A model generated the notes under the pieces. The model was not told the origin of the DNA, searched no databases, and was given only the letters and a program-made list of their open reading frames with translations. The translations under genes and the position numbers were made by a program. Below are positions 42,131 to 51,994 of a DNA stretch of 64,000 nucleotides, in pieces; position 1 is the first letter of the stretch; each line of letters begins with the position of its first letter. Origin of the DNA: Chloroflexota bacterium (GTDB lineage Bacteria; Chloroflexota; UBA11872); contig CBDEVI010000002.1 in assembly GCA_965243625.1 (NCBI GenBank), positions 321,396 through 385,395 on the forward strand, given 5' to 3'.

Positions 42131-43653
42131 GGCTCGAGACCCGTCAGGCCGTAGATCAACCCCATGTCGAGGTGCTCCCGCACCAGCGATGCCAGCTTGT
42201 CGTACTCGGCGTTCGGCTCGATGTCGTCATGGCCGGTCGGCAGGCCGAGCCCGCGCCGGGCGCCGGCGCACGCCAGAATCGAGCGCCGCACCTCGCGGTT
42301 GTGAAACAGGCCGTGCAGATAGGTGCCCAGCGTCAGCCCCTCGGCATCCACCGCCCCATCCGCGAAGTCGACGCGCCGCCGGGACCGTTCCTCCACCACA
42401 AAGGGACTCGAACCATCCACCGCTGTGGTCACCCCCATGTGGATTTCGTAGGCGGTGACTTGCGCGCCGCTGCACCGGCTCAGCAGCCCCTGGCTCCCGG
42501 CGACTCGCGCTTCGACCTGATGCGTCGCCTTGTCCCGTCGAAACGTCGTGGTGGCCGGCAGCAGCCCCAGCCCCTGCGTCTCGGCAACTCGGGATTCAAC
42601 CGAGTCCGGGTCCAGGAGCCACTCGCCGAGCATCTGGTAGCCCGCGCAGATGCCGATCACCGGCGCCCCGCCGCGACGGGCCCTCGTGATGCGCTCGGCC
42701 AGGCCCCGCTCACGCAACCAGCCAAGATCGGCGACCGTGGTCTTGCTCCCGGGAATGACCACCAAGTCCGGCTCGCCGAACTCGCTCGCCCGCGCCACCA
42801 ATCGCACCCGCACGCCCGGCTCGTGACGCAACGGGTCGAAGTCGTCGAAATTGGCGATGTGCGGGAGCCGCATCACCGCAATGTCGATTGTTGCCTCGTC
42901 GTCAGTCGCCGGATCGGCCGCGAGGCCGACCGAATCCTCCTCCGGAATGTGAATGTCCGTGAAGTAGGGCACCACGCCCACCACCGGCGCGCCGGTTCGC
43001 TCCCTCAGGAACTCCAGGCCCGAGTCGAGCAGCGAGGGATCGCCGCGAAACTTGTTGATCACGTGCCCGCCGACGAGCGCCCGCTCCTCCGGCTCCAACA
43101 GCTCCATCGTCCCGACAAGCTGGGCGAAGATCCCGCCGCGATCGATGTCGCCCACCAGCAGCACCGGCGCCTGGGCGTGGAGCGCGACCCGCATGTTGAC
43201 GATGTCGTGCTGCTTGAGGTTGATTTCCGCGGGGCTCCCGGCGCCCTCGATCACCACAACGTCGAACTCTGCTCGCAGCCGATCGAGCGCCGCCGTCACC
43301 GTCGACCACATCTCGGGCTTCAGCTGCTGGTACTCGCGGGCCGAGGCCGCGGCCTGCGGCCGGCCCAGCAGCACCACCTGGGAGCGGCGGTCGCCCTCCG
43401 GCTTGAGCAGGATGGGGTTCATGTCCACGCTCGGGGCCACCAGCGCCGCCGCGGCCTGCACTGCCTGCGAGCGGCCAATCTCGCCCCCATCGGGCGTGGC
43501 GTAGGAGTTCAGGGACATGTTCTGCGCCTTGAAGGGCGCAACCTGAAATCCGTCCTGGGCGAAGATGCGGCACAAGGCCGTCGCCACGACCGACTTGCCG
43601 GCATGCGACGACGTGCCTTGAACCATCAGAACTTTGGCGCGGCGGCTACCCAT
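42127..43653 (-). CDS. cobQ: Cobyric acid synthase. Start trimmed to MGSRRAKVLMVQGT.
   Basis: N-terminal LMVQGTSSHAGKS and C-terminal GATase-1 domain (GICAGYQMLG). Confidence 0.8.
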   Translation of the reverse strand: MGSRRAKVLMVQGTSSHAGKSVVATALCRIFAQDGFQVAPFKAQNMSLNSYATPDGGEIGRSQAVQAAAALVAPSVDMNPILLKPEGDRRSQVVLLGRPQAAASAREYQQLKPEMWSTVTAALDRLRAEFDVVVIEGAGSPAEINLKQHDIVNMRVALHAQAPVLLVGDIDRGGIFAQLVGTMELLEPEERALVGGHVINKFRGDPSLLDSGLEFLRERTGAPVVGVVPYFTDIHIPEEDSVGLAADPATDDEATIDIAVMRLPHIANFDDFDPLRHEPGVRVRLVARASEFGEPDLVVIPGSKTTVADLGWLRERGLAERITRARRGGAPVIGICAGYQMLGEWLLDPDSVESRVAETQGLGLLPATTTFRRDKATHQVEARVAGSQGLLSRCSGAQVTAYEIHMGVTTAVDGSSPFVVEERSRRRVDFADGAVDAEGLTLGTYLHGLFHNREVRRSILACAGARRGLGLPTGHDDIEPNAEYDKLASLVREHLDMGLIYGLTGLEP

Positions 43654-44704
43654 GCGCCAGCACCTCCCGCAGCGCCGCCACGAGCCGAGCGCACTCCTCG
43701 GGTCGGCGCACGGCGATGCGAATGAAATCGCCCAGGCCAAACGACGTGCAGTCCCTCACCAGGATTCGCCGACGCAGCAGCGCGCGGCGTACGCCGGTCG
43801 CATTGCCCACTCGCACCAGCATGAAGTTGGCGGCCGAGGGAACCGCCGGCACGCCCACGGCGGCAAGCTGCGCCTCGAGGTAGGCCTTGGCTTCCGCAAT
43901 GACTTCGCGAGCCGCGGCCACGTGCGCCTCGTCCGCGAGCGCGGCAAGACCCACCGCCTGCGCCACGCCATTCACGCTCCACGACGGCTGAAGCCGACGG
44001 GTGGCCGCAACGACCGCCGGCGGCGCCGCCATGTAGCCCAGGCGCACGCCGGTCAGCGCATGGTCCTTGGTCATCGAGCGCAACAGCGCCACGTTGCCGC
44101 ATTGCAGCAGCGGCAGCGTGTCCCACCCCGCGTCCGCCAGCGGCACGTAGGAGGTGTCCAGCACCAGCAGCCCGTCCGGGCCCACGGCCACGCACAGCCG
44201 CTCCACGGATTCACGATCCAGGTAGACCCCGGTGGGATTGTTCGGATTGCACAGAAACACCATCGGCGGACGCTTCGCCACGATAGTCTCGACCGCCGCG
44301 TCCATGGACCACGCAAAACCGTCGGCTGCGGCAGCCCGCACAGACTCGATCTCTGCCCCGGCAAGTGCCGCCGCCGCTTGGTATTCCCCAAACGTCGGCG
44401 CGAAAACCAGGCAGCGCGCGCCGGGCCGCAGATGCGCCCGTGCCAGCAGGTGGATCAGCTCCGTCGATCCGTTGCCAACCAGTAGCTGATCGACGCCGAC
44501 GCCAAGTCTGTCGGCCAACGCCTCACGCAGGTCCAGGCAGTCGCGATCGGGATAGGCCGAGAGGTCCGCCTCGGCCGCGGCCTGCCGCACCCGAGGCGAC
44601 GGTCCCAACGGATTGATGTTGGAGCTAAAGTCGAGCACCTGGTCACGCGTCAGGTTCGCGGCGCGCAACTCGGCGGTGTCGAATCCCCCGTGCACCGTGG
44701 ACAT
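43646..44704 (-). CDS. cobD: L-threonine-O-3-phosphate decarboxylase (class I/II aminotransferase fold). Start trimmed to MSTVHGG.
   Basis: HGG start, PLP-fold aminotransferase pattern, operon context. Confidence 0.75.
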   Translation of the reverse strand: MSTVHGGFDTAELRAANLTRDQVLDFSSNINPLGPSPRVRQAAAEADLSAYPDRDCLDLREALADRLGVGVDQLLVGNGSTELIHLLARAHLRPGARCLVFAPTFGEYQAAAALAGAEIESVRAAAADGFAWSMDAAVETIVAKRPPMVFLCNPNNPTGVYLDRESVERLCVAVGPDGLLVLDTSYVPLADAGWDTLPLLQCGNVALLRSMTKDHALTGVRLGYMAAPPAVVAATRRLQPSWSVNGVAQAVGLAALADEAHVAAAREVIAEAKAYLEAQLAAVGVPAVPSAANFMLVRVGNATGVRRALLRRRILVRDCTSFGLGDFIRIAVRRPEECARLVAALREVLAHG

Positions 44705-44723
44705 GTTGGGTGGCGGCGTCCAG

Positions 44724-45680
44724 TCAACCGGTGATCGCGTGGCGGGCGGCCAGCACGCCCAGCGAAACGACGACGGCAAGCGCCGCCGTCCGATTGACAA
44801 TCGTCACTGCGCGGCCGATGTCGGCAGACTCCGGGTCGCGGAACCCATCGCCCAATCGGTAGTGCCCCGGCTTCTCCAAGCAAACTCCCAGCAGCCCCGC
44901 CATCGCGCTCATGGTCAATCCCGCATTTGGGCTGGCCGTCGTGCCGCCATCGCGCCGCATTGTGCGCCAGGCGCGGCCCACTGGAAGGCGCGCCAGCCGA
45001 CCACTCGCCAGCAGCAGCAATGCGCTCAATCGGGCGGGAATCAGATTCGTCAGGTCGTCCAGCCGAGCGGCGGCCTTGCCCAGGTACTCGGTCGTCCCGC
45101 GGTAGCCCACCATGCTGTCCATGGTGTTCAGCGCCCGATAGGCGATGGCGCCCGGCACGCCGAACAACGCGAATGCGATCCAGGGCCCCACGAAGCTGTC
45201 GGTGGAATTCTCTGCAACCGACTCGATTGCCGCCGCGGCCACCAGCGGCGGGGTAAGCCCGGCGGCATCGCGGCTGACCAGGCTGCGCAGGCTCTCCCGC
45301 GCGGCCTTCAGCCGACCTTCGACCAGCGCCTGCCTCGTCTGGTGCGCTGCCGCCGTCAACCCAGTCACCGCGAACGCCGTTCGCAGCACCACGGCCCCGA
45401 CGATCAGGTACGCAAGCGGATGTATGGCGGCCAGCGCAGCCAAACCGAACCACGCAGCGGCGCCCGCACCGCCCACGACTGCGACCACCATGACGCAGCC
45501 ATACGCAAAGGCGCCGACCGGCTGCTGCGGAGCGACTCGTCGCAGCGCCCCCGTGACCCTGCCGATCCAGACGACTGGGTGCCATGCGTTGGGCGGTTCC
45601 GGCAGCAGCAGGTCCAGCAACACGGCGGCCAAAAGGACCGCCGCGTCCCAGATCAAATTGTCCGGCCACGGTGAGAGCAT
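44724..45680 (-). CDS. cbiB: Adenosylcobinamide-phosphate synthase (CbiB/CobD membrane protein).
   Basis: Multi-TM; ...VGYRGTTEYLGKAAARLDD... CbiB signature. Confidence 0.8.
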   Translation of the reverse strand: MLSPWPDNLIWDAAVLLAAVLLDLLLPEPPNAWHPVVWIGRVTGALRRVAPQQPVGAFAYGCVMVVAVVGGAGAAAWFGLAALAAIHPLAYLIVGAVVLRTAFAVTGLTAAAHQTRQALVEGRLKAARESLRSLVSRDAAGLTPPLVAAAAIESVAENSTDSFVGPWIAFALFGVPGAIAYRALNTMDSMVGYRGTTEYLGKAAARLDDLTNLIPARLSALLLLASGRLARLPVGRAWRTMRRDGGTTASPNAGLTMSAMAGLLGVCLEKPGHYRLGDGFRDPESADIGRAVTIVNRTAALAVVVSLGVLAARHAITG

Positions 45681-45844
45681 GGTGCTGCGTCACTCTACGC
45701 TGGCGCCCGGGAAGCGGTTCGCGCTGCCGACGGTCGCTGCCTCGCCGGCAACGACATTTCCCGATGAACCCGTCGCAATTCCGAGCGCCGAGGGAACGAT
45801 TCGCCCGCTGGCGGCGTAATCTCTTCCGAGGGAATCTCAAGATC

Positions 45845-48800
45845 ATGGGCCAAGACGGCATGCAGGCGCGCGACATCGCTCGTGGACGCCGCCGCTTGGC
45901 GTGGATCGCTGCGCTCTTCGCGGTTGCCCTTGTCCTGGCCGTCGCTGAGGCGGCGACGCCCGCCTTCCGCCCGTCGGCAGCGGCGCTGGACTGCGAGGGC
46001 GTGGTCCTGGTCGACGGTTGCCTGTTCACCATCACGGGCGGCGACACCATCGATCCCAACGACGGCTTCGCCGTGACCAACGGCGGCGGCGTGCCGCTGT
46101 GGGAATTCGTCCGCGACCGCGACCTCCAGGCTCTCGGCTATCCCATCAGCCAGCGCTGGGTCAGCGGCGCGTTCACCCTCCAGGCATTTCAGAAGGCCAT
46201 CCTGCAGTGGGACCCCGGCAAGTCCCGTATGAACTACTACAACACCCTCGACGTGCTGGCGAACCGGTACCCCGAGGTCATGCTCCCGAACGTCCCGCCC
46301 CACCAGGTGCTCGACGCCGATCGCGGGGCCGACTTCGCCACCATCACCCGCAACCACCTGGCGCTGCTGGACCAGAACGCGGCGATCAAGGAGCGGTTTC
46401 TCGGCGAGCCCGACTGGCTGAATCTCTACGGCTTGCCGATTCGCTACGAGGAGCGGGAGGTCGACGGGAATCCCCAAGGCCTCCAGCTGCTGCGCGCCCA
46501 GCGCACCGTCTTCCTGGTCTGGAACGTACCCGCGCCCGGGACCACGGTCGGCCGCGTAAACCTGCAGAACGTGCCGGACAAGGTCAAGCGGCTCAGCAAC
46601 GTGATCATTCCGGATGCGGCCAAGGCGCCGGTTGCGCGGCACGAGGTCGCGGGCCTGCCTGTCTTTACGCTCACGCCGCCGTCGCCTGGGAGCGCCCAGG
46701 CCACGGCGTCCGGCGCGCGATTCATTGCCATCAGCAGCGGCGACTACCACACCTGCGCGCTGCGGGCCGACGGCGAGCCCGTGTGTTGGGGCGTTCAGGA
46801 CGGCGCCCAGCAGCCCGGCTTTGGGCAGGTTGGCTTCGGCCAGTCCGATCCGCCTGACGGTGAGCGGTTTGCGGCCATCGACGCCGGCGGACAGCACACC
46901 TGCGCCTTGCGCCAGGACGGGACCGCGGTCTGCTGGGGACGCGACAACTGGGGCCAGGCCTCGCCGCCTGACGGCGAACGCTTCGTGTCCGTCAGCAGCG
47001 GCGGCGCGCACACCTGCGGTCTCCGCGAAGACGGGACCGCGGTGTGCTGGGGAAGCGATCAATCCGGCGAGGCCACACCTCCGGAAGGCGAGCGTTTCAC
47101 CGTCGTCAGCAGCGGCTCGGGCCACACGTGCGGGCTGCGCGCGGACGGCACTCCCGTTTGCTGGGGGCCCGAGCCGTACTGGGACGGCCACACGGGATGG
47201 GAGGCGCCTCCGGAGGTTCCGCTGCTCGTGGTGGACAGCGCCTATGGCTACACCTGCGGCATCGAGCTCGATGGCTCGCCGATCTGCTGGGGCGCTCGAT
47301 CCGATGTCGTCTATGGCGATCAGTATCCGCGCAGCTACCAGCGCCTCACCGACATCAGCGGACGCGCCAGCGCCGGACAGGGCGGCTGCGGCCTGTGGAC
47401 CAACGGCACGGCAGTGTGCTGGGGCTGGGTCGATCCACCGCCGGAGCGCCAACAATTCACCGCCATCAGCAGCGGTCGGGAACACACCTGCGGCATTCGC
47501 CGCGATGACGGGGCGCTGGTGTGCTGGGGCAGCGATGAATTTGGCCAGTCGTCGCCGCCCGGGGGCGAGCGTTTCCAGGGACCCGAGGAATTCCCATCCA
47601 AGCTGGCCAGCCCCGATGTTCCGCTGGAGTCGATCAGCAGCGGTGGCGTGCATGCCTGTGGCATCGACGCCGGCGGCACTGCCTGGTGCTGGGGCGACGA
47701 TGGCTACGGCCGGTCATCGCCCCCGCCCGGCGACAAGTTCTCCTCGCTCAGCAGCGGTTGGGCGCATACCTGCGGCGTGCGCCTGGACGGCAGCATCGCG
47801 TGCTGGGGCGAAGATGACTTCGGCCAGGCGGCGCCGCCCGCCGGCGGAGGATTCACCGCCGTCAGCAGCGGATCGAACCATACCTGCGCCCTGCGGGCCG
47901 ACGGCGTCGTCGTCTGTTGGGGCAGCGACCGGGTCGATCAGACCTCGGTCCCCGAAGGCGAGCGATTCACCGCCATCAGCAGCGGCTGGTCTCACACGTG
48001 CGGCCTGCGAGCCGACGGCGCCGCCGTCTGCTGGGGCAGCGACCTGTTTGGCCGCGCCACTCCCCCGGCGGGTGAGACGTTCATGGCCATCAGCGGCGGC
48101 TGGGTGCACACCTGCGGGCTGCGGCCCGACGGCACGGCGGTGTGCTGGGGCGACGACGACGAGGGCCAGGCCTCGCCGCCCGCCGGCGAGCGATTCGTCG
48201 CCATCAGCGCCAACGCCTCCCACACCTGCGGCCTGCGAGCGGACGGCACGCCCATTTGCTGGGGAGCGATCCAATATTTCTTCGGCTACGCCCAGGACCC
48301 CGGCCAAGCGTCCCCGCCGCCCGGCGAACGCTTCGTCGCCATCAGCAGCGGCTTTCAATTCACCTGCGGACTCCGGCAGGACGGGTCTCACCGGTGCTGG
48401 CGCTTCGGCCCCGGCACGGAGATCTCCGAAGGCCTGAGCACCCGCGGCTTCGAGGCGGTCAGCGGTCAGGTGCTCACGTCGATCAGCAACGGCCATCGCT
48501 TCACCTGCGCGCTCGACGCCGCCGGCGCCCCCGTGTGCTGGGGCATGGACGACTACGGCCAGGCGTCGCCGCCGGCCAATGAGCGATTCGTGGCCCTCAG
48601 CAGCGGGGAGCGGCACGTCTGCGCCCTGCGGTCCAATGGCACGCCCGTTTGCTGGGGCGACCCGTCGAGCGGCCGAACGACGGCGCCATCCGGCGAGAGC
48701 CTCACAGCTCTTAGCAGCGGCTTTGCGCACACGTGCGGCTTGCGGGCGGACGGAACGCCGGTCTGCTGGGGCTGGAACGGGCAGGGCCAGGCGTCGCCGC

Positions 48801-51800
48801 CGAGCGGTGAACGGCTGGTCGCCATCAGCAGCGGACACGTGCACACGTGCGGCCTGCGCGGGGACGGCGCGGCGGTTTGCTGGGGGGAGAACGACGACGG
48901 CCAGGCATCACCGCCGGAGGGCGCGAATTTCGCCGCGATCAGCAGCGGGGCCAACCACACCTGCGCCCTGAACGTCGATGGCAGCCCGTTTTGTTGGGGC
49001 GACGAGGACGACGCGGTTGCCCGCGCGCCGACCGTCGATCAATACCACTCGATCGACAGCACCGCCGGCTACGCCTGCGGCCTCCGGTCGGACGGCACGC
49101 TGGTGTGCTGGGGTAAGAATGCCTTGGGAGCCCCTCCCGGCGTGAAGCTCACGGCCATCAGCCTGGGATATGTGCACAACTGTGGCCTGCGCCAGGACGG
49201 CCGCCCGGTTTGCTGGGGCGATGGCTACGAGACCCCCGTGGCCTCGGCCGCGCGCTCGACCTACCAGATCATCAGCGAGCAGCGGGTTCTCGCGGTCAGC
49301 GGCGGCTACGGCCACAGCTGCGCCCTGCGCGAGGATGGCCGCCCGGTGTGCTGGTCGCTCAGGGGCGCCTACCCCAACCTGAGCGGCGAGCTCTCGGTGC
49401 CGTATGGCGAGCAGTTCACCACGCTTGACAGCGGCGGCGGTCACACCTGCGCCCTGCGCGACGACGGCACGGCCGTGTGCTGGGGCTCCGACGAGGCCGG
49501 CAAGTCGACGCCGCCGGAAGGCGACCGCTTCACCGCGGTGAGCAGCGGGTTTTCGCACACGTGCGGCCTACGCCGGGACGGCGCCGCCGTCTGCTGGGGC
49601 AGCGATGAGGACGGTCAGTCGTCGCCCCCGGAAGGCGAGCGATTCGTCGCCATCAGCAGCGGTCTGGGTCTCTACAAGGCGCATACGTGTGCCCTGCGCG
49701 AGGACGGATCGGCCGTCTGCTGGGGCGCCAACGACCGGGACCAGGCTTCGCCGCCGCCCGACGAACGCTTCATGGCCATCGCCAGCGGCGCCCTGCACAC
49801 TTGCGCGCTGCGTCTGGACGGCACGGCGGTCTGTTGGGGTTTCGATTGGGACCGCCAGGCCTCGCCGCCGGCGGGGCTCACCTTCACCGCCATCGCCAGC
49901 GGTCGCGCCCATACGTGCGCCATCCGCGCCGACGACCAGACGGCCGTCTGCTGGGGATCCAACCGCGACCACATCTACGACTACCAGGGCCAGGCCCGGC
50001 CACCCTACGGCGAGACTTTTTCCGCCATCAGCGCCGGCCAGGACCAGACGTGCGGCGTGCGCGCCGACGACTCGACCCTGATCTGCTGGGGCGAGGGACC
50101 GGGGCATCGCTCCGGATATCCCAAGGAGAAGCCCTTCGACGACGTCAGCGGCGAATCGTTGGCGTCGATCAGCGCCGGCGACGGCCACATCTGCGGCCTG
50201 CGTGACGATGGATTCGCCGTTTGCTGGGGTGACAACGAATTCGGTGAGGCCAATCCGCCGCCGGAGACGTACAGCGCCATCAGCGCCGGGGACGACCACA
50301 CCTGTGCCCTGCGGGCGTCCGACGGGCAGGCCATCTGCTGGGGCAGCAATCGCACCCTGGATGGCAAGTTCGCCGGCTATCGCGATCAGGCGTTGGCGCC
50401 CTACGGCGTGTCATTCGTCGCCATCGCCAGCGGTGCCTTGCACACTTGCGCCCTCGAGGCCGATGGCCAGATCCACTGTTGGGGCGGGTGGTTCGACGAC
50501 GCGGAGCCGCCGGCGGGCGAGCGATTCACGACCATCGCGAGCGGCGGCGAGAACACCTGCGCGCTGCGTCACGACGGCTCGGCGCTGTGCTGGAGCGATG
50601 GCTATCGACTCTGGGAGTCGACGCCGGCGCACGAGCGCTTCGTGGCGATTGGCATGGGGCAGTCGCACGCGTGCGGCATCCGCGGCGACGGCTCGACGGT
50701 GTGCTGGGGCGGCTCCCGACGAGGCCAATCGATTGCGCCCGAGGATGAGCGTCTGGTCGCGGTGTCCGGCGGCCACTCCCACACCTGCGGGCTGCGGCCC
50801 GACGGCACGGCCGTGTGCTGGGGCATTAACTACGAGCCGTCGTATGGGGCCTGGTACGGCCAGGCCACGCCGCCAGACGGCATGCGGTTCGCGGCGATCA
50901 GCGCCACGGCCCACTACACCTGCGGCCTGCGCCAGGACGGCTCACCCCACTGCTGGGGCGAGGGCTTTGACACCCCCGAACCGGCGCGCACGACCTATGC
51001 AGACATCGCCAACGAGACCTTTGTGGCCATCAGCGCCGGCTCCGGGTACACGTGCGCCCTGCGTCCGGACGAAACTACGGTCTGCTGGGGGAATCAGCCA
51101 CCGGACCCGGAGGCGGCGGGAAGATGGGGCGACTACGGGCGCGAATGGCCGCCGGAGGGCGAGCGGTTCACCGCCATCAGCACCGGGACGTCGCACACCT
51201 GCGGCCTTCGAGCGGATGGCACGACGGTCTGCTGGGGAGACAACACCAACGCCAGGACGTTCCCCACCAGAGACGAGCGGTTCGTGGAGGTGAGCAGCGG
51301 AAGCAGTCATACGTGCGGTCGCCGCAGCGACGGAACCGTCGCATGCTGGGGCTGGGTGAGCCACGTGTCCGGAACGTTCATCGTTCCGCCGCCCGATTCC
51401 GCCGAGCGGTTCGCGGCAGTCGACTGCGGCACGTTCCACGTCTGCGCGCTGCGCCAGGATAGGACGCCGGTCTGCTGGGGCGACAACGAAGACGGCGAGG
51501 CGACGCCGCCCGCGGGCGAGCGGTTTGCCGCGATCAGTGGCGGCTCCAACCACACCTGCGCCCTCCGACTCGATGGCTCACCGGTCTGCTGGGGCAGCGA
51601 CGAATACGCCAAGGCGTCGCCACCCGAGGGCGAACGCTTCACCGCGATCAGCAGCGGCTCCAGCCACACGTGTGCCCTGCGCGCGGACGGCGCCGCCATC
51701 TGCTGGGGCGCGGCGCTGGGCGACACCTACATTCTGTCTGGACGCACGTACGAAGTCGGCTTTGGCCAGTCGGCGCCGCCCCCGGACGAGCGCTTCACGT

Positions 51801-51889
51801 CCATCAGCAGCGGCTCCTCGCACACCTGCGGCCTGCGATTCGACGGAAGGGTCGTTTGCTGGGGCCAGGGGTACACGGAAGCCGGCTAG
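45845..51889 (+). CDS. Giant secreted/membrane-anchored RCC1-repeat (beta-propeller) protein of ~2000 aa. Signal-anchor plus ~250-aa N-domain plus >30 RCC1-like blades.
   Basis: N-terminal LAWIAALFAVALVLAVA. Reiterated [S-S-G-x-x-H-T-C-G/A-L-R-x-D-G-T-x-V-C-W-G-x-x-x-x-G-Q-x-x-P-P-x-G-E-R-F] units visible at both protein and DNA level. The start was moved to the ATG at 45845 to avoid overlap with cbiB. Confidence 0.8.
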   Translation: MGQDGMQARDIARGRRRLAWIAALFAVALVLAVAEAATPAFRPSAAALDCEGVVLVDGCLFTITGGDTIDPNDGFAVTNGGGVPLWEFVRDRDLQALGYPISQRWVSGAFTLQAFQKAILQWDPGKSRMNYYNTLDVLANRYPEVMLPNVPPHQVLDADRGADFATITRNHLALLDQNAAIKERFLGEPDWLNLYGLPIRYEEREVDGNPQGLQLLRAQRTVFLVWNVPAPGTTVGRVNLQNVPDKVKRLSNVIIPDAAKAPVARHEVAGLPVFTLTPPSPGSAQATASGARFIAISSGDYHTCALRADGEPVCWGVQDGAQQPGFGQVGFGQSDPPDGERFAAIDAGGQHTCALRQDGTAVCWGRDNWGQASPPDGERFVSVSSGGAHTCGLREDGTAVCWGSDQSGEATPPEGERFTVVSSGSGHTCGLRADGTPVCWGPEPYWDGHTGWEAPPEVPLLVVDSAYGYTCGIELDGSPICWGARSDVVYGDQYPRSYQRLTDISGRASAGQGGCGLWTNGTAVCWGWVDPPPERQQFTAISSGREHTCGIRRDDGALVCWGSDEFGQSSPPGGERFQGPEEFPSKLASPDVPLESISSGGVHACGIDAGGTAWCWGDDGYGRSSPPPGDKFSSLSSGWAHTCGVRLDGSIACWGEDDFGQAAPPAGGGFTAVSSGSNHTCALRADGVVVCWGSDRVDQTSVPEGERFTAISSGWSHTCGLRADGAAVCWGSDLFGRATPPAGETFMAISGGWVHTCGLRPDGTAVCWGDDDEGQASPPAGERFVAISANASHTCGLRADGTPICWGAIQYFFGYAQDPGQASPPPGERFVAISSGFQFTCGLRQDGSHRCWRFGPGTEISEGLSTRGFEAVSGQVLTSISNGHRFTCALDAAGAPVCWGMDDYGQASPPANERFVALSSGERHVCALRSNGTPVCWGDPSSGRTTAPSGESLTALSSGFAHTCGLRADGTPVCWGWNGQGQASPPSGERLVAISSGHVHTCGLRGDGAAVCWGENDDGQASPPEGANFAAISSGANHTCALNVDGSPFCWGDEDDAVARAPTVDQYHSIDSTAGYACGLRSDGTLVCWGKNALGAPPGVKLTAISLGYVHNCGLRQDGRPVCWGDGYETPVASAARSTYQIISEQRVLAVSGGYGHSCALREDGRPVCWSLRGAYPNLSGELSVPYGEQFTTLDSGGGHTCALRDDGTAVCWGSDEAGKSTPPEGDRFTAVSSGFSHTCGLRRDGAAVCWGSDEDGQSSPPEGERFVAISSGLGLYKAHTCALREDGSAVCWGANDRDQASPPPDERFMAIASGALHTCALRLDGTAVCWGFDWDRQASPPAGLTFTAIASGRAHTCAIRADDQTAVCWGSNRDHIYDYQGQARPPYGETFSAISAGQDQTCGVRADDSTLICWGEGPGHRSGYPKEKPFDDVSGESLASISAGDGHICGLRDDGFAVCWGDNEFGEANPPPETYSAISAGDDHTCALRASDGQAICWGSNRTLDGKFAGYRDQALAPYGVSFVAIASGALHTCALEADGQIHCWGGWFDDAEPPAGERFTTIASGGENTCALRHDGSALCWSDGYRLWESTPAHERFVAIGMGQSHACGIRGDGSTVCWGGSRRGQSIAPEDERLVAVSGGHSHTCGLRPDGTAVCWGINYEPSYGAWYGQATPPDGMRFAAISATAHYTCGLRQDGSPHCWGEGFDTPEPARTTYADIANETFVAISAGSGYTCALRPDETTVCWGNQPPDPEAAGRWGDYGREWPPEGERFTAISTGTSHTCGLRADGTTVCWGDNTNARTFPTRDERFVEVSSGSSHTCGRRSDGTVACWGWVSHVSGTFIVPPPDSAERFAAVDCGTFHVCALRQDRTPVCWGDNEDGEATPPAGERFAAISGGSNHTCALRLDGSPVCWGSDEYAKASPPEGERFTAISSGSSHTCALRADGAAICWGAALGDTYILSGRTYEVGFGQSAPPPDERFTSISSGSSHTCGLRFDGRVVCWGQGYTEAG

Positions 51890-51994
51890 GTGTTTCCGGC
51901 GTCCCGCCCGCATCTAATGCGATGCCCCTTACCATCGAAGGGCTCGCGCGACCGACTGGTTGCGCCTCTGGAAGCTTGAGCAAAACTCGCACCC

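Noticed and set aside
41584-43725. 713-aa plus-strand ORF
   Set aside because: Antisense to pduX and cobQ. Extremely Arg/Pro/Ala-rich, a GC-driven artefact.
45695-47653. 652-aa minus-strand ORF, and many 100-380-aa minus-strand ORFs through 46-51.9 kb
   Set aside because: Antisense frames of the highly repetitive RCC1-repeat gene. The repeats keep the opposite-strand frames open.
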